Positions 1 through 9,845 of a stretch of DNA of 24,000 bases are shown here, piece after piece; position 1 is the stretch's first letter; each line of letters begins with the position of its first letter. Origin of the DNA: Pollutimonas thiosulfatoxidans (GTDB lineage Bacteria; Pseudomonadota; Gammaproteobacteria; Burkholderiales; Burkholderiaceae_B). The translations under genes were made by a program, and so were the position numbers. The stretch is taken from the NCBI RefSeq assembly GCF_004022565.1, contig NZ_CP022987.1:2496001-2520000 (forward strand), in the 5' to 3' direction. The notes beneath the pieces are model-generated. The model worked only from the letters and a program-made list of their open reading frames with translations. It had not been told where the DNA came from and did not search any database.

Positions 1-2
1 CG

Positions 3-839
3 CTGTACGAGGGGTTCGAGTGCTCGAGCAACATTATCTATACCGGTGCCGCGCCCAACCAGAACAGCGTGCAATTAGCCGAATTCATGACCTCGAACTA
101 CGGTGCCCGGGTTTACATGGTGGGGTCCGATTACATCTATCCGTTCGAATCGAATCGCATCATGACCGACCTCGTACTGCAGCGCCCGGGCGGCGTGAAA
201 GTCGGCGAACGCTATGTGCCTTTAAATGCCGGCATGGCGGACTTCAAAGACATCATCGCAGATATCAAGGATAAGCAGCCCGACTTCATTTTTTCCACGG
301 TGGTGGGCAACTCTACGCAGTATCTATATAAAAGCTACGCAGAAGCAGGCCTGCAGCCGCGCGAGATGCCGATAGCCAGCCTCACGACGCTGGAGGCCGA
401 GGTCGCGCAAATGGGATTCGATGTCGCGACAGGGCATGTCACCTCGGCCCCCTACTTCCAATCCATAGAATCGCCCGTAAACCATCGAAGCCTGTCGAAT
501 TTTCGTCGTCGCTTCGGGAATGATGTGGTGCCCAACGCGGGCTGGGAAGCTGCGTATTTCCAGGTGCATCTATTTGCCAATGCCATGCGTCTATCGGGCA
601 GCGATGCCATCGACGCCATCATGCCCTTCCTGCTGGGCGCAGAGTTCGAGGCCCCGCAAGGGCGTATACGCATTGATCCATCCAATCATCATACTTGCCT
701 GTATCCTCGCATCGGAATCCTCAACCAGGAGGGTCAATTCACCATAGTGCGGCAAGCAGTCCGAGCCGTTCATCCCGATCCTTACCTGGTCACGCATTCC
801 CTGGGAGACTGGACCATGGGCTTGAGCGCTCTGGAGTGA
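3..839 (+). CDS. amiC: AmiC-like aliphatic-amide sensor / negative regulator (periplasmic-binding-protein type I fold), 5'-partial
   Basis: The reading frame is open from base 3, before the first Met at 69 (LYEGFECSSNIIYTGAAPNQNS...). The sequence is collinear with my memory of Pseudomonas AmiC: YEGFE..., GSDYIYP.ESN, FSTVVG, IASLTT.EAEV, APQG..R.., PDPY. TGA stop at 837-839. An AmiR gene follows directly. Confidence 0.85.
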   Translation: MYEGFECSSNIIYTGAAPNQNSVQLAEFMTSNYGARVYMVGSDYIYPFESNRIMTDLVLQRPGGVKVGERYVPLNAGMADFKDIIADIKDKQPDFIFSTVVGNSTQYLYKSYAEAGLQPREMPIASLTTLEAEVAQMGFDVATGHVTSAPYFQSIESPVNHRSLSNFRRRFGNDVVPNAGWEAAYFQVHLFANAMRLSGSDAIDAIMPFLLGAEFEAPQGRIRIDPSNHHTCLYPRIGILNQEGQFTIVRQAVRAVHPDPYLVTHSLGDWTMGLSALE

Positions 840-845
840 GAAGCC

Positions 846-1469
846 ATGACCACGACAGCACGAGATGCCAAACTGATTACGGCAGAACTCATGCGCGATT
901 TGCGGACCTTGCGAGTCGCGGTTTTCCATCCAGCAGATCAGGACGGGAAGGAATTGGTCCTGCAGTTGCGCCGCATAGGCTGCCACGCCCAGGCGTTCTG
1001 GCCGCCCTTCCCAGTGCTTCCCGAAGGAATAGAGGTCGTTTTTTTAGCGGTACGGCCCAACATGGTTCTTCCCGACTGGACGTCATCGCAAAATTCCGCG
1101 TCTCCGACCGTGATAGCGGTAGTGACCTACGAGAACCCCACGGTCATCGAAGCCGTGCTGAAGGTGGGTGCCGAAAGCGTGATCGCTTCACCGATCAAGG
1201 CCTTCGGCTTGCTGGCCACCCTGGTCGTCGCACGCAGGGTCAACAATAGTTTGCGCACGCTCGCCAGGCAAAATCAACGCCTGGAAGCCAAGCTCTCGGG
1301 TGTGCGGAAAGTGGCCGAAGCCAAAAGCATACTGATGGCGGCAAGAAACATATCGGAAGATGACGCCTACCAGGTCATGCGCGAACAAGCCATGGCGCGG
1401 CGCGTTACCGTAGAGCAAATCGCGGCCGCCATCGTCGATGCCAACGGCATCCTTTCATTTAATATCTAG
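846..1469 (+). CDS. amiR: AmiR-type response-regulator-like ANTAR transcription antiterminator
   Basis: ATG at 846 with GGAG 9 nt upstream. N-terminal pseudo-receiver region (LVLQLRRIGC...WPP). C-terminal ANTAR helices (KVAEAKSILMAARNISEDDAYQVMREQAMARRVTVEQIA). Sits 6 nt after amiC. Confidence 0.85.
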   Translation: MTTTARDAKLITAELMRDLRTLRVAVFHPADQDGKELVLQLRRIGCHAQAFWPPFPVLPEGIEVVFLAVRPNMVLPDWTSSQNSASPTVIAVVTYENPTVIEAVLKVGAESVIASPIKAFGLLATLVVARRVNNSLRTLARQNQRLEAKLSGVRKVAEAKSILMAARNISEDDAYQVMREQAMARRVTVEQIAAAIVDANGILSFNI

Positions 1470-2723
1470 CCATCGCAGCACGCCCTGCGCCGCCACTCGC
1501 CCGCTAGCGAAGCAGGCGGTCAATAGGTAGCCGCCAGTGGGCGCGTCCCAGTCCAACATTTCGCCGCTGCAGAAAACGCCAGGCATGGCCTTGAGCATCA
1601 GCGCATCGTTCAGGCTTTCGAAAGCCACGCCGCCGGCAGTGCTGATTGCTTCTTCTATCGGGCGCATGCCGGTAAGGCGCAATGGCAACCGCTTGATCGT
1701 CGCCGCCAGGCTATCGAAATCATTGAATTGTTCGGGTGACAGATGCTCGCGCAGCAATGCCAGCTTGATGCCGCGTAGCCCCAGCCGGCTGCCCAGATGG
1801 CTGGACCAGGACCGCGCCCCGCGCGGCCATGCCACCTGTTTGCTAATGAACTGAAGGTCGCGGTCTGGCAATAAGTCGATGTGTATCCATGCCTCGCCCT
1901 GCTCCTGCAACTGCTTGCGAAGCACGGACGACCACGCGTAGATAAGACCGCCCTCCAGCCCGTCGGCGGTCGCCATGATCTCGCCGCGACGCATGCTGTG
2001 GTCGCCGGAGGGCGCCATGGCGATGGACTTAAGCGGCTCGCCGGCGTGGCGCGAGGCAAAATGTTCGGTCCAGGAAACCAGAAAGCCGCCATTGGACGCC
2101 TGCAGCGGCCGCAGCCTCACCCCTTTGTCAGACAGTATCTGAAACCATGCTCCGTCCGACCCGAGACGCGGCCAGCTGGCGCCGCCCAAGGCCAGTACCA
2201 CCGCGTCAGCCGATTGCCTAAGCGGTCCGTCGGGCGTCTGGATCAGCAAACCGCCTTTCTCATCCCAGCCGGTCCAGCGATGGCGCGCATGCACGTCCAC
2301 GCCCTGGCTACGCAAGCGCTGCAGCCAGCGTCGCAGCAGGGGCGCTGCCTTCATCTCTTCAGGGAACACGCGACCGGAGGAACCGACAAAGGTTTCCACT
2401 CCAAGTTCCTGGGCCCATAGCCGTAAGGCCGCCGCATCGAACTCGCGCAACCAAGGCGCCAGCTGCTCGGATCGATCGCCATAGCGTGCCAGGAAGGCGG
2501 CGGCCGGCTCGCTATGAGTAAGGTTCAGACCGCCGCGGCCAGCCAGCAGAAACTTGCGCCCTACCGATGGCATGGCGTCGTAAAGATCCACATGGACACC
2601 AGCCGTTGCCAGGACTTCGGCTGCCATCAGGCCGGCCGGTCCACCGCCGATGACGGCTACCTTGAGATTGTCAGTGCGCAAAATACAGTTCGTGCAGTTG
2701 TTCCATATCGACTTCGGCAGCAC
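1455..2723 (-). CDS. NAD(P)/FAD-dependent oxidoreductase, HI0933/BaiN-like flavoprotein
   Basis: N-terminal Rossmann motif VAVIGGGPAGLMAAEVL and the family-typical C-terminal FCSGEMLDWDAPTGGYLLTACFASG. The start is uncertain: GTG at 2723 overlaps the upstream ATPase gene by 53 bp, while TTG at 2681 would give MRTDNLKVAVIGGG. The 3' end overlaps the amiR 3' end by 15 bp (convergent). Confidence 0.8.
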   Translation of the reverse strand: MLPKSIWNNCTNCILRTDNLKVAVIGGGPAGLMAAEVLATAGVHVDLYDAMPSVGRKFLLAGRGGLNLTHSEPAAAFLARYGDRSEQLAPWLREFDAAALRLWAQELGVETFVGSSGRVFPEEMKAAPLLRRWLQRLRSQGVDVHARHRWTGWDEKGGLLIQTPDGPLRQSADAVVLALGGASWPRLGSDGAWFQILSDKGVRLRPLQASNGGFLVSWTEHFASRHAGEPLKSIAMAPSGDHSMRRGEIMATADGLEGGLIYAWSSVLRKQLQEQGEAWIHIDLLPDRDLQFISKQVAWPRGARSWSSHLGSRLGLRGIKLALLREHLSPEQFNDFDSLAATIKRLPLRLTGMRPIEEAISTAGGVAFESLNDALMLKAMPGVFCSGEMLDWDAPTGGYLLTACFASGRVAAQGVLRWLDIK

Positions 2724-3372
2724 GCTGCGACAAAACCACCTTGCCGCCTTGCATCAGGTACACATGATCGGCCACGCCCACCGCCCGATGGGTACTTTGC
2801 TCGACCAGAATAATCGTGCGGCCTTCGGCCTTCAGCCGCCCCAGCGTCTGGAACAATTCGTTCACGACTACGGGGGCCAGGCCCAGTGAAGGCTCGTCAA
2901 TGATCAGTACCTGCGGGTCGGCCATCAGGCCGCGACCCATGGCCAGCATCTGGGCCTCGCCACCCGATAGCGTGCCGGCCCGCTGATTGCGGCGCTCTCG
3001 CAGGCGCGGGAACATGTCGTACGCCTTGTCGCATTGCCGGCGCGAGCCCGCCCGATGCTTGGGCGTAAAGGCGCCGAGCATCAGGTTCTCTTCAATTGTC
3101 ATGTCTTTGAAAACCATGCGTCCTTCAGGGATCATCACGACGCCCAGGTCAGGCATCTTCCAGGTGGGTATGCCGCTAAGCGGCTTGTCATTCAGTTGGA
3201 TGGTGCCCTGGCTGACGGGCAGCAGGCCCATAATGGCGCGCAGCAGCGTCGTCTTGCCGGCCCCGTTAGGCCCGATGATAGTAGTGAGTTCGCCCGGCCG
3301 TACCGAGATGGACACGTCCCATAAAATATTGATGGCGCCGTAACCAGCGCGCAAGCCTTGAACTTCTATCAT
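2671..3372 (-). CDS. ABC transporter ATP-binding protein, LivF-like (branched-chain amino acid / hydrophobic acid family)
   Basis: Walker A GPNGAGKTT, signature LSGGEAQML, Walker B LIIDEPSLGL. I trimmed the ORF-track start at 3480 to MIEVQGL at 3372, which forms an ATGA overlap with the upstream ATPase stop. Confidence 0.9.
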   Translation of the reverse strand: MIEVQGLRAGYGAINILWDVSISVRPGELTTIIGPNGAGKTTLLRAIMGLLPVSQGTIQLNDKPLSGIPTWKMPDLGVVMIPEGRMVFKDMTIEENLMLGAFTPKHRAGSRRQCDKAYDMFPRLRERRNQRAGTLSGGEAQMLAMGRGLMADPQVLIIDEPSLGLAPVVVNELFQTLGRLKAEGRTIILVEQSTHRAVGVADHVYLMQGGKVVLSQRAAEVDMEQLHELYFAH

Positions 3373-4079
3373 GACTGGGCTCCAGTATAGCTGCGCACCA
3401 CTTCCGGATCGTTGAAGACCTCGTCGGGTGTACCCAAAGAAATCAGCCGGCCGAAATCCAAAGCAGCCACCCGATCGCACAGGCGGCTGATGGTCTCGAT
3501 GTCGTGCTCGATAATCAAAATGCCCACCGAGAATTTCTTGTGCAGTTCCTGCAGCATGGTCATGAAGCGGCGCTTGCCGGCTGTTTCCAGCCCCGCCAAC
3601 ACCTCATCCAGCAACAAGAGCTTGGGGTCGGTGCACAGGGCCTTGGCGATCTCCAGCGCCTTCAGCTCCGTCAACGCCAGTTCGGTTGCGGCATTGCGGT
3701 CCGCACGTGAGGCCAGATTGGTAAATTCCAGCACTTCGGCGATGCGAGCCTCGTTGACCTTGCCGGTGCCAAAACGCTGGGCCACCAGCAGGTTTTCACG
3801 CACGGTCAGTTCGTGCAGAGGTTGCGGAACCTGGAAGGTCCGCCCTATGCCCATGCGAGCACGCCGATGCAGCGGCGTATTCAACAGGCTGGCATTGTCA
3901 AAATGGATACGTCCGGACGAGGGTTGCACCAGCCCCGACACGGCGTTGAACAAAGTCGTCTTGCCGGCGCCATTGGGCCCCACCAGGCCCAGCACTTCAT
4001 CGCGGTTGGCGGTAAGCGTAACGCCATCGACTGCCGTCAGACCGCCAAAGCGCACCGTCAGAGCTTCAAGTTGCAGCAT
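3369..4079 (-). CDS. ABC transporter ATP-binding protein, LivG-like
   Basis: Walker A GPNGAGKTT and Walker B LLLLDEVLAGL, with the H-loop in IIEHD. ATG at 4079. Confidence 0.9.
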   Translation of the reverse strand: MLQLEALTVRFGGLTAVDGVTLTANRDEVLGLVGPNGAGKTTLFNAVSGLVQPSSGRIHFDNASLLNTPLHRRARMGIGRTFQVPQPLHELTVRENLLVAQRFGTGKVNEARIAEVLEFTNLASRADRNAATELALTELKALEIAKALCTDPKLLLLDEVLAGLETAGKRRFMTMLQELHKKFSVGILIIEHDIETISRLCDRVAALDFGRLISLGTPDEVFNDPEVVRSYTGAQS

Positions 4080-5019
4080 GTTTTCTCCTGAAGCCGGTGG
4101 CCAGCAGCGGCAACAGGCCGCGCGGACTAAAAATAATCATCCCGACCAGTAGCGCCCCCAGAATAAGCTGGTGCCCCGACGAGATCAGGTTCTTGAATAT
4201 CAGTTGATCGACCAGGTAGACGGTCAACGCGCCTGCGATGGGGCCAAGCAAGGTGCGATAGCCGCCGAAGATTGCCGCAATAATGGGCAAGGTGACCCAT
4301 ACGCCATTGAAGGCGTAGTCCGGCTCCAGGAAGCTGATGTAATGCACATTGAAGGCGCCGATTACGCCGGTCATGAAAGCCGATACGAACAACATCATGG
4401 CCTTCAACAGCGTGCTATTGACGCCGACCACACGGGTGGCGTCCTCGCTGTCATGCATGGCCCGCAGGGCGATGCCGTAGTAACTGCCCCTTATGGCACG
4501 GTAGGCCAGCACGAACAGCACCAGCAAGGTCAGCACGATCAGGTAGCTGCCCACCTTGCCGGCCAGGTCGAAGCCGAACACGGTCGGAAAGGCGGGAATG
4601 CGAGACAAGCCACCTGATCCGCCCGTTACGGACGACCATTCAATAGCGACGATCTTGAAGATATGGGCGTAGGCCAGGATGGCGAGCGCAAAATAAGGCC
4701 CGCGCAATCGCAGCACCGGAAGCATGACAGCCGAAGCCACCACCGCGCCCACGCCGCCCAGCAACAAACCCCACATCACCGGTACGCCCGCTTCTATGGT
4801 CAGCAGAGCCGATACATAGGCGCCCACGCCAAAGAATGCGGAATGCCCAAAACTGACCATGCCGCCCAGGTTGCCCAGCAATGCCCAGGCCAGCGCGATG
4901 CCGCCTATGATCAGCGAAGCAATGATCAGGCTCATGACATAGTTGTTCTGGCCCAGCAGCAAGGGCACGGCAATATAGGCCAGCGCAAGAACCAGCAGCG
5001 CAATGATTCCAGTCTTCAT
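4066..5019 (-). CDS. ABC transporter permease, LivM-like
   Basis: Polytopic hydrophobic protein. Its position and length match the second permease of HAAT-family transporters. 14-bp overlap with the downstream ATPase gene. Confidence 0.88.
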   Translation of the reverse strand: MKTGIIALLVLALAYIAVPLLLGQNNYVMSLIIASLIIGGIALAWALLGNLGGMVSFGHSAFFGVGAYVSALLTIEAGVPVMWGLLLGGVGAVVASAVMLPVLRLRGPYFALAILAYAHIFKIVAIEWSSVTGGSGGLSRIPAFPTVFGFDLAGKVGSYLIVLTLLVLFVLAYRAIRGSYYGIALRAMHDSEDATRVVGVNSTLLKAMMLFVSAFMTGVIGAFNVHYISFLEPDYAFNGVWVTLPIIAAIFGGYRTLLGPIAGALTVYLVDQLIFKNLISSGHQLILGALLVGMIIFSPRGLLPLLATGFRRKHAAT

Positions 5020-5888
5020 CCTCGTCTCCCTGCCGCGCCGAACAGGCCGTTGGGCAATACAAACAACACCAGCAGAAACAGCACCATGCCGACCAGTTCC
5101 TGCAAGGCGGAACTGGCCAAGGTGATGGTCAGCGCCTCTGCCACGCCCAGTAATAGCGCCCCCACCAGCACGCCCGGTATGGAGCCTATGCCGGCCAATA
5201 CGGTAATGATGAAGGCCTTGATGGTCAGCACATGACCCAGCGAGGGCTGGATAACGCCATAGCTGAAGATGGCCACACCTGCAAAACTTGCCAGGATGCC
5301 GGCGATTACGAAGGACACGATTTCAGTGCGTCGGGGGTCGATGCCCATCAAGCGGGCAGCATCCCGATTGCCGGCTACGGCCCGCACCGCGCGCCCATAC
5401 CAGCTGCGCGACAGCCACCACCACATGCCACCCATCAACAGAACGCTGATGATAAAGAACAGCGGTTCGCTCCGCATGCTGTACAGCGGCCCAACCACGA
5501 CAGCGTCCTGCATCCAGGCCGACGAGGTCGATTTGATCTCGGCGGACCAGATCAGCAGGATGGCGTTGGTCAGGATAACGCCGATGCCGTAGGTCAGGAT
5601 AAGTGAGTTCAATTCCCTGTCGGTCTTGATCAGACTCACAAGAAAATACATGATCACCGCTGTCATGCACACAATGATCAGCGCGACGGGGATGGCGAAT
5701 ATCGGGCTGAGCCCACTGGCGGACTCTACGGTATAAGCAATGTAGGCCGCCAGCAGGACCAGCTCGCCATGCGCCAGGTTGATGATCTTCATGGTGCCGA
5801 AGACCAGTGCCAGGCCCAGCGCGATCAGGGCATACGAGCCGCCCTGAAGCACGCCGGAATACAAGGCCTGCAGGATAAGTTCTGTCAT
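5016..5888 (-). CDS. ABC transporter permease, LivH-like
   Basis: Polytopic hydrophobic protein (MTELILQALYSGVLQGGSYALIALGLALVFG...), which is a typical LivH N-terminus. ATGA overlap with the LivM-like gene. Confidence 0.9.
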   Translation of the reverse strand: MTELILQALYSGVLQGGSYALIALGLALVFGTMKIINLAHGELVLLAAYIAYTVESASGLSPIFAIPVALIIVCMTAVIMYFLVSLIKTDRELNSLILTYGIGVILTNAILLIWSAEIKSTSSAWMQDAVVVGPLYSMRSEPLFFIISVLLMGGMWWWLSRSWYGRAVRAVAGNRDAARLMGIDPRRTEIVSFVIAGILASFAGVAIFSYGVIQPSLGHVLTIKAFIITVLAGIGSIPGVLVGALLLGVAEALTITLASSALQELVGMVLFLLVLFVLPNGLFGAAGRRG

Positions 5889-5903
5889 GGGTGGCGCCGC
5901 TGC

Positions 5904-7070
5904 CTATTTCCAGGGTACGCCGGGATACTGCATCGGGGCGGTTGCGGTATCGACGGGCCAAACGATCTCGATACGGTCGCCCTGGTGCTGCCCCATGCGA
6001 TGTTCGAAATTCAGGTTATCGCCTTCCGTGAACTGCACGCGGCCTATCAGGGTATTGCGGTCAGTCTTGGCGAGTTCTTCGGCAATGCCGCCCTGCTTCA
6101 CCGTGCCCTTGTCGGCAGCCCGCGCAATGGCTTCGAACAACAGCATGGACTGCACATAACCGAACTGGCCCAGGTAGTCGGGATCCTTGTTGTAGAGCTT
6201 CTTGTAGGCGTCGTAAAAGGCCTTGCCTTCGTCAGTGTTGAACTTGGTGGGATAAGGCAGCAAAGCCGTGCCATACACCTTGGGCATCAGATCGGGAAAG
6301 TCAGCGGCCATCTTGGGCGTTGCCAACGACCACACACCTATCATGGCATTGACGTCAGGCTTCAATACGTTGGCGGCACGCAGTATGCCGACGTAGTCGT
6401 TCTCGTAGCCGACCATCAGGATGACATCGGACTTATCGATCAGACGCACCTTGTTTACAACGGGCTTGAAATCAGAGATGCCCGGGTCAAAGGGATGCAT
6501 GCCCACCTTGAGGCCTTTGGCGGTCAAGTCCTTCTGTACGTCCTGCGCCAGATGGGCGGTTGCTTCCTTGGTGGAGTAGATGATGGAGGCTGAATCGACC
6601 TTCATGTCGCCCAACACACCGACCATGGCTTTCTGGTAGCCCGCCGTGTTGTTGATGCGAAAGAAAGTCTTGTAGCCGCGCTGCACCAGGCCATTGTCTA
6701 CGCCGCCCGACGTAATGTAGGGCAGGCCCAGCTTGTTGGCCGCATCGGAAGCCGGGCCGATGTTGTTCGATCCATACCCGCCCGTAAAGGCTACGACGCC
6801 TTGGGAAGCCAGCTTCTCCACCGCCGCGATGGCTTTGGCTGGCGAAGATTCGTCGTCTTCAGTCAAGACCTTGATGGTGTGCTTGCCGTTGGTCTGGTTG
6901 AACACCTCGACCGCCACAGCAATACCTTCATGCATGCCCGTACCCACCCGAGCCAGCGCGCCGGTCAAAGGCTCTTGTTCGCCAACCAAAAATTCTTCTG
7001 CGTACGCTCCGGCACTATAGACCGACAGCGCCAACGCCGCCCATCGCACGTGTTTGCATAGCTTGTTCAT
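5904..7070 (-). CDS. ABC transporter periplasmic substrate-binding protein (type I PBP, LivK-like)
   Basis: Signal peptide MNKLCKHVRWAALALSVYSAGAYA|EE. The length and composition fit a Leu/Ile/Val-binding-protein family member. Located directly upstream of the permease genes. Confidence 0.88.
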   Translation of the reverse strand: MNKLCKHVRWAALALSVYSAGAYAEEFLVGEQEPLTGALARVGTGMHEGIAVAVEVFNQTNGKHTIKVLTEDDESSPAKAIAAVEKLASQGVVAFTGGYGSNNIGPASDAANKLGLPYITSGGVDNGLVQRGYKTFFRINNTAGYQKAMVGVLGDMKVDSASIIYSTKEATAHLAQDVQKDLTAKGLKVGMHPFDPGISDFKPVVNKVRLIDKSDVILMVGYENDYVGILRAANVLKPDVNAMIGVWSLATPKMAADFPDLMPKVYGTALLPYPTKFNTDEGKAFYDAYKKLYNKDPDYLGQFGYVQSMLLFEAIARAADKGTVKQGGIAEELAKTDRNTLIGRVQFTEGDNLNFEHRMGQHQGDRIEIVWPVDTATAPMQYPGVPWK

Positions 7071-7091
7071 TGTCTCTTCCTCCTGGTTTTA

Positions 7092-8666
7092 TTAAGGCTC
7101 CGGATGGAGCGCTTCTTTGCGCAACTGCTGTGCCAACTGCTTGAGCTGGCCCTTCAGAATCTTCCCGGTAGCCGCGGCCGGCATGGCCTGCATGATGACA
7201 ATCTGCGATGGCCGCTTGTACGGCGACAAGCGAGGGTGCAGCCACTCGTGCAAGGCCTGCGCCGCCGGTGCGTCCTGTGCGGGATCCAGTTCGACGAAAG
7301 CGATCACTTCTTCATTGCCGTCCGTGCCGTCGCGGCCCACCACGGCGGACTGCACCACGGCAGGATGCGCATTGAGCGCCGCCTCCACTTCTATGGGATA
7401 CACGTTGAAGCCGGACCGGATGATGAGTTCTTTGCTGCGCCCTATCAGGAACAGCGCGCCATCCGCTTCCTGGCGCACGATGTCGCCGGTATTCAGCCAA
7501 CCCTCGGGGTTCACCGTTAGCGCCGTCAGCTTGTCATCGTGGTAATAGCCCTTCATGACATTAGGGCCACGCACCCAGAGCTCTCCGGGCTCGCCCCGTT
7601 GCACCGTCACACCTTGATCATCCACGATACGTATTTCGATACCCGGGATGACAGATCCCACCGACGTATCGGTGCGCGGCGCATCGATACGCGTCTGGCT
7701 GATGGTGGGCGAGGTTTCGGTCATGCCGTAGCCGTTGTGCAGGGTGCGCCCGAACAGCCGTTCCGTCTCGTGCTTGAGGGTGGGATCCAGCGGCGACCCA
7801 CCGGCATAGATGAAGCGCAGGCTTGAATTCGAGGGATCCCAGTCGCCATAATCGTATTCAAGCAGCCGCGCATACATCGCGGGCACGCCCTGCAAGATGG
7901 TGAGCTCGTCATGCTGGATGGCGCGCACCACGGCAGACGGCGAATAGCGCGCGGCCAGATACAGCGTGGCACCGGCGTAAAGCGTGCCCAGCGCCACCGA
8001 TGCCAACCCGAACACATGGGTAACGGGCAGTACGCCGTAAGCGCGATCGGCAGGCGTCAGGCCACGCACGTGGCTGGAGGTCGCGGCAATGAACAGCAGG
8101 TTGCGGTGCGTCAGCATCACGCCTTTGGGCTGCCCGGTTGTGCCGGTCGTGTAGATCAGCGCCGCGACCTGCTCATTGCCCGAGGCGTGCACCGGCTCCG
8201 GCTCGCAATCGGTGTGCAAGGGTCCCACTTGCACCAAGCCGGCCCCGGCCACCTCGTGCAGCTCGGCGCCACCGCGCTCGGCATGGGCCATGGCCTCCGC
8301 CGAAATATGCCCGGTATACAACACCACCCTGGGCTGACTATGCTGCGCGATGGCATCCACTTCGCGAGCCGACAGCCGTGCATTGACGTTGACCAACCAG
8401 GCGTCCATACGGGCCGCAGCGAACAGCAACACAAGCTGAGCGATGCAGTTTTCGGCGACCACCATCAGCCGATCGCCAGGGCGTACACCGTAGTCGCGCA
8501 GCCATAGCGCCGCCTGCCTGGACGCCTCGTTCAACTGGCTGTAGCTGAGCGTCACGCCATCCTGGCTCAAGGCCACGGCCTGCGGCGCGTCTTGCGCCCA
8601 ATGCTCGACTATGCCGCTTAAGCGTGCCGGCAAGCGATCCAGAACAATATCGGTAGGCGCAGACAT
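7092..8666 (-). CDS. AMP-dependent synthetase/ligase (acyl-CoA ligase)
   Basis: AMP-binding motifs IYTTGTTGQPKGVMLTH, YGMTET, TGDIV and a C-terminal GKILK. I trimmed the ORF-track start at 8867 to [10 protein letters not shown] at 8666, which shares one nucleotide (TGATG) with the upstream dehydrogenase stop. Confidence 0.9.
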   Translation of the reverse strand: MSAPTDIVLDRLPARLSGIVEHWAQDAPQAVALSQDGVTLSYSQLNEASRQAALWLRDYGVRPGDRLMVVAENCIAQLVLLFAAARMDAWLVNVNARLSAREVDAIAQHSQPRVVLYTGHISAEAMAHAERGGAELHEVAGAGLVQVGPLHTDCEPEPVHASGNEQVAALIYTTGTTGQPKGVMLTHRNLLFIAATSSHVRGLTPADRAYGVLPVTHVFGLASVALGTLYAGATLYLAARYSPSAVVRAIQHDELTILQGVPAMYARLLEYDYGDWDPSNSSLRFIYAGGSPLDPTLKHETERLFGRTLHNGYGMTETSPTISQTRIDAPRTDTSVGSVIPGIEIRIVDDQGVTVQRGEPGELWVRGPNVMKGYYHDDKLTALTVNPEGWLNTGDIVRQEADGALFLIGRSKELIIRSGFNVYPIEVEAALNAHPAVVQSAVVGRDGTDGNEEVIAFVELDPAQDAPAAQALHEWLHPRLSPYKRPSQIVIMQAMPAAATGKILKGQLKQLAQQLRKEALHPEP

Positions 8667-9820
8667 CAGCCGCCCGCCTCCTTGATCATGTTGCGCGCAA
8701 TCACCAATTGCTGGATCTGCGTCGTGCCTTCGTAGATGCGGAACAGGCGCACATCGCGATAGAAGCGCTCGATCGCATAGTCGGACACATAGCCCGCCCC
8801 ACCATGGATCTGCACGGCGCGGTCGGCCACCCGTCCGCACATCTCGGTTGCAAAAAGCTTGCAGCACGAGGCTTCGGTCGATACGTCCTGCCCGGCATCG
8901 CGCCGCTGGGCCGCATCAAGCACCATGCAGCGCGCCGCGTAGATTTCTGCCTTGCTATCGGCCAACATCGCCTGTATTAACTGGAACTCGGCGATGGGTT
9001 GTCCGAACTGCTGGCGCTCCATCGCATAACGCAAGGCGTCGTCCAACATGCGCTCGGCAACCCCCACGCTGACAGCGGCAATATGCAGGCGCCCCTTGTC
9101 CAGAACCTTCATGGCCGTCTTGAAGCCCACCCCTTCGCGCCCGCCGATCAGGTTCTCGGCCGGCACCCGACAATCTTCGAACACCACATCGCAGGTATGC
9201 GCGCCTTGCTGTCCCATCTTCTTGTCTATCTTGCCCAGCGACAGGCCCGGCGTTTCCTTTTCGACAATAAAGGCCGAAATCGCATGGCCACCGCGCGCTT
9301 GCGGATCGGTACGCGCCATGACCGTAAAGATGGACGCCTCGGGCGCGTTGGTGATGAAGCGCTTGGTGCCGTTCAAGACATAGTGATCGCCATCGCGAAC
9401 TGCCGACGTCCGCAGCGACGCTGCGTCAGAGCCCGAACCGGGCTCGGTCAAGGCAAACGAACCAATAATCTCCCCCGACGCCAGCCGGGGTAAATACTTG
9501 CGCTTTTGCGCTTCGGTGCCGTCGATCACAATACCTTGTGAACCTATCCCGTTATTCGTGCCGATCAGCGAGCGAAAGGCGGGCGAGGTCTTGGCAATGG
9601 CGAATGCAAAAAGCACTTCCTCTTCCATTGTCAGCTCCAGCCCCCCGTACGCTTCCGGAATGGCCAGGCCAAAAAGCCCCAGCTCGCGCATCTGCGCCAC
9701 CACGCGATCCGGCACCTGGTCGGTTTCGGCAACTTCATCTTCCAGGGGAATCAACTGCTCGCGCACAAAGCGGGACACACTGTCCAGCAACATCGTGAGC
9801 GTTTCCTGATCTCGTATCAT
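8666..9820 (-). CDS. acyl-CoA dehydrogenase
   Basis: ACAD family features: [15 protein letters not shown], the C-terminal IYEGTTQIQ catalytic-Glu region, and GGAGY. I chose the start at MIRDQETL (9820) because AAAGGA lies 6 nt upstream. The ORF-track start at 9841 is the alternative. Confidence 0.88.
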   Translation of the reverse strand: MIRDQETLTMLLDSVSRFVREQLIPLEDEVAETDQVPDRVVAQMRELGLFGLAIPEAYGGLELTMEEEVLFAFAIAKTSPAFRSLIGTNNGIGSQGIVIDGTEAQKRKYLPRLASGEIIGSFALTEPGSGSDAASLRTSAVRDGDHYVLNGTKRFITNAPEASIFTVMARTDPQARGGHAISAFIVEKETPGLSLGKIDKKMGQQGAHTCDVVFEDCRVPAENLIGGREGVGFKTAMKVLDKGRLHIAAVSVGVAERMLDDALRYAMERQQFGQPIAEFQLIQAMLADSKAEIYAARCMVLDAAQRRDAGQDVSTEASCCKLFATEMCGRVADRAVQIHGGAGYVSDYAIERFYRDVRLFRIYEGTTQIQQLVIARNMIKEAGG

Positions 9821-9845
9821 CTTCGTCCTTTCGTTGGGCAACCGA

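Noticed and set aside
8667-8867. N-terminal extensions suggested by the ORF track: ligase to 8867, LivF-like to 3480, UbiH-like to 13695, trpG from 18640, trpD from 19319, ung from 21664
   Set aside because: The extensions overlap the preceding gene and add non-homologous, Arg/Pro-rich residues. Internal starts match the domain N-termini and give the stop/start coupling or SD spacing typical of operons.
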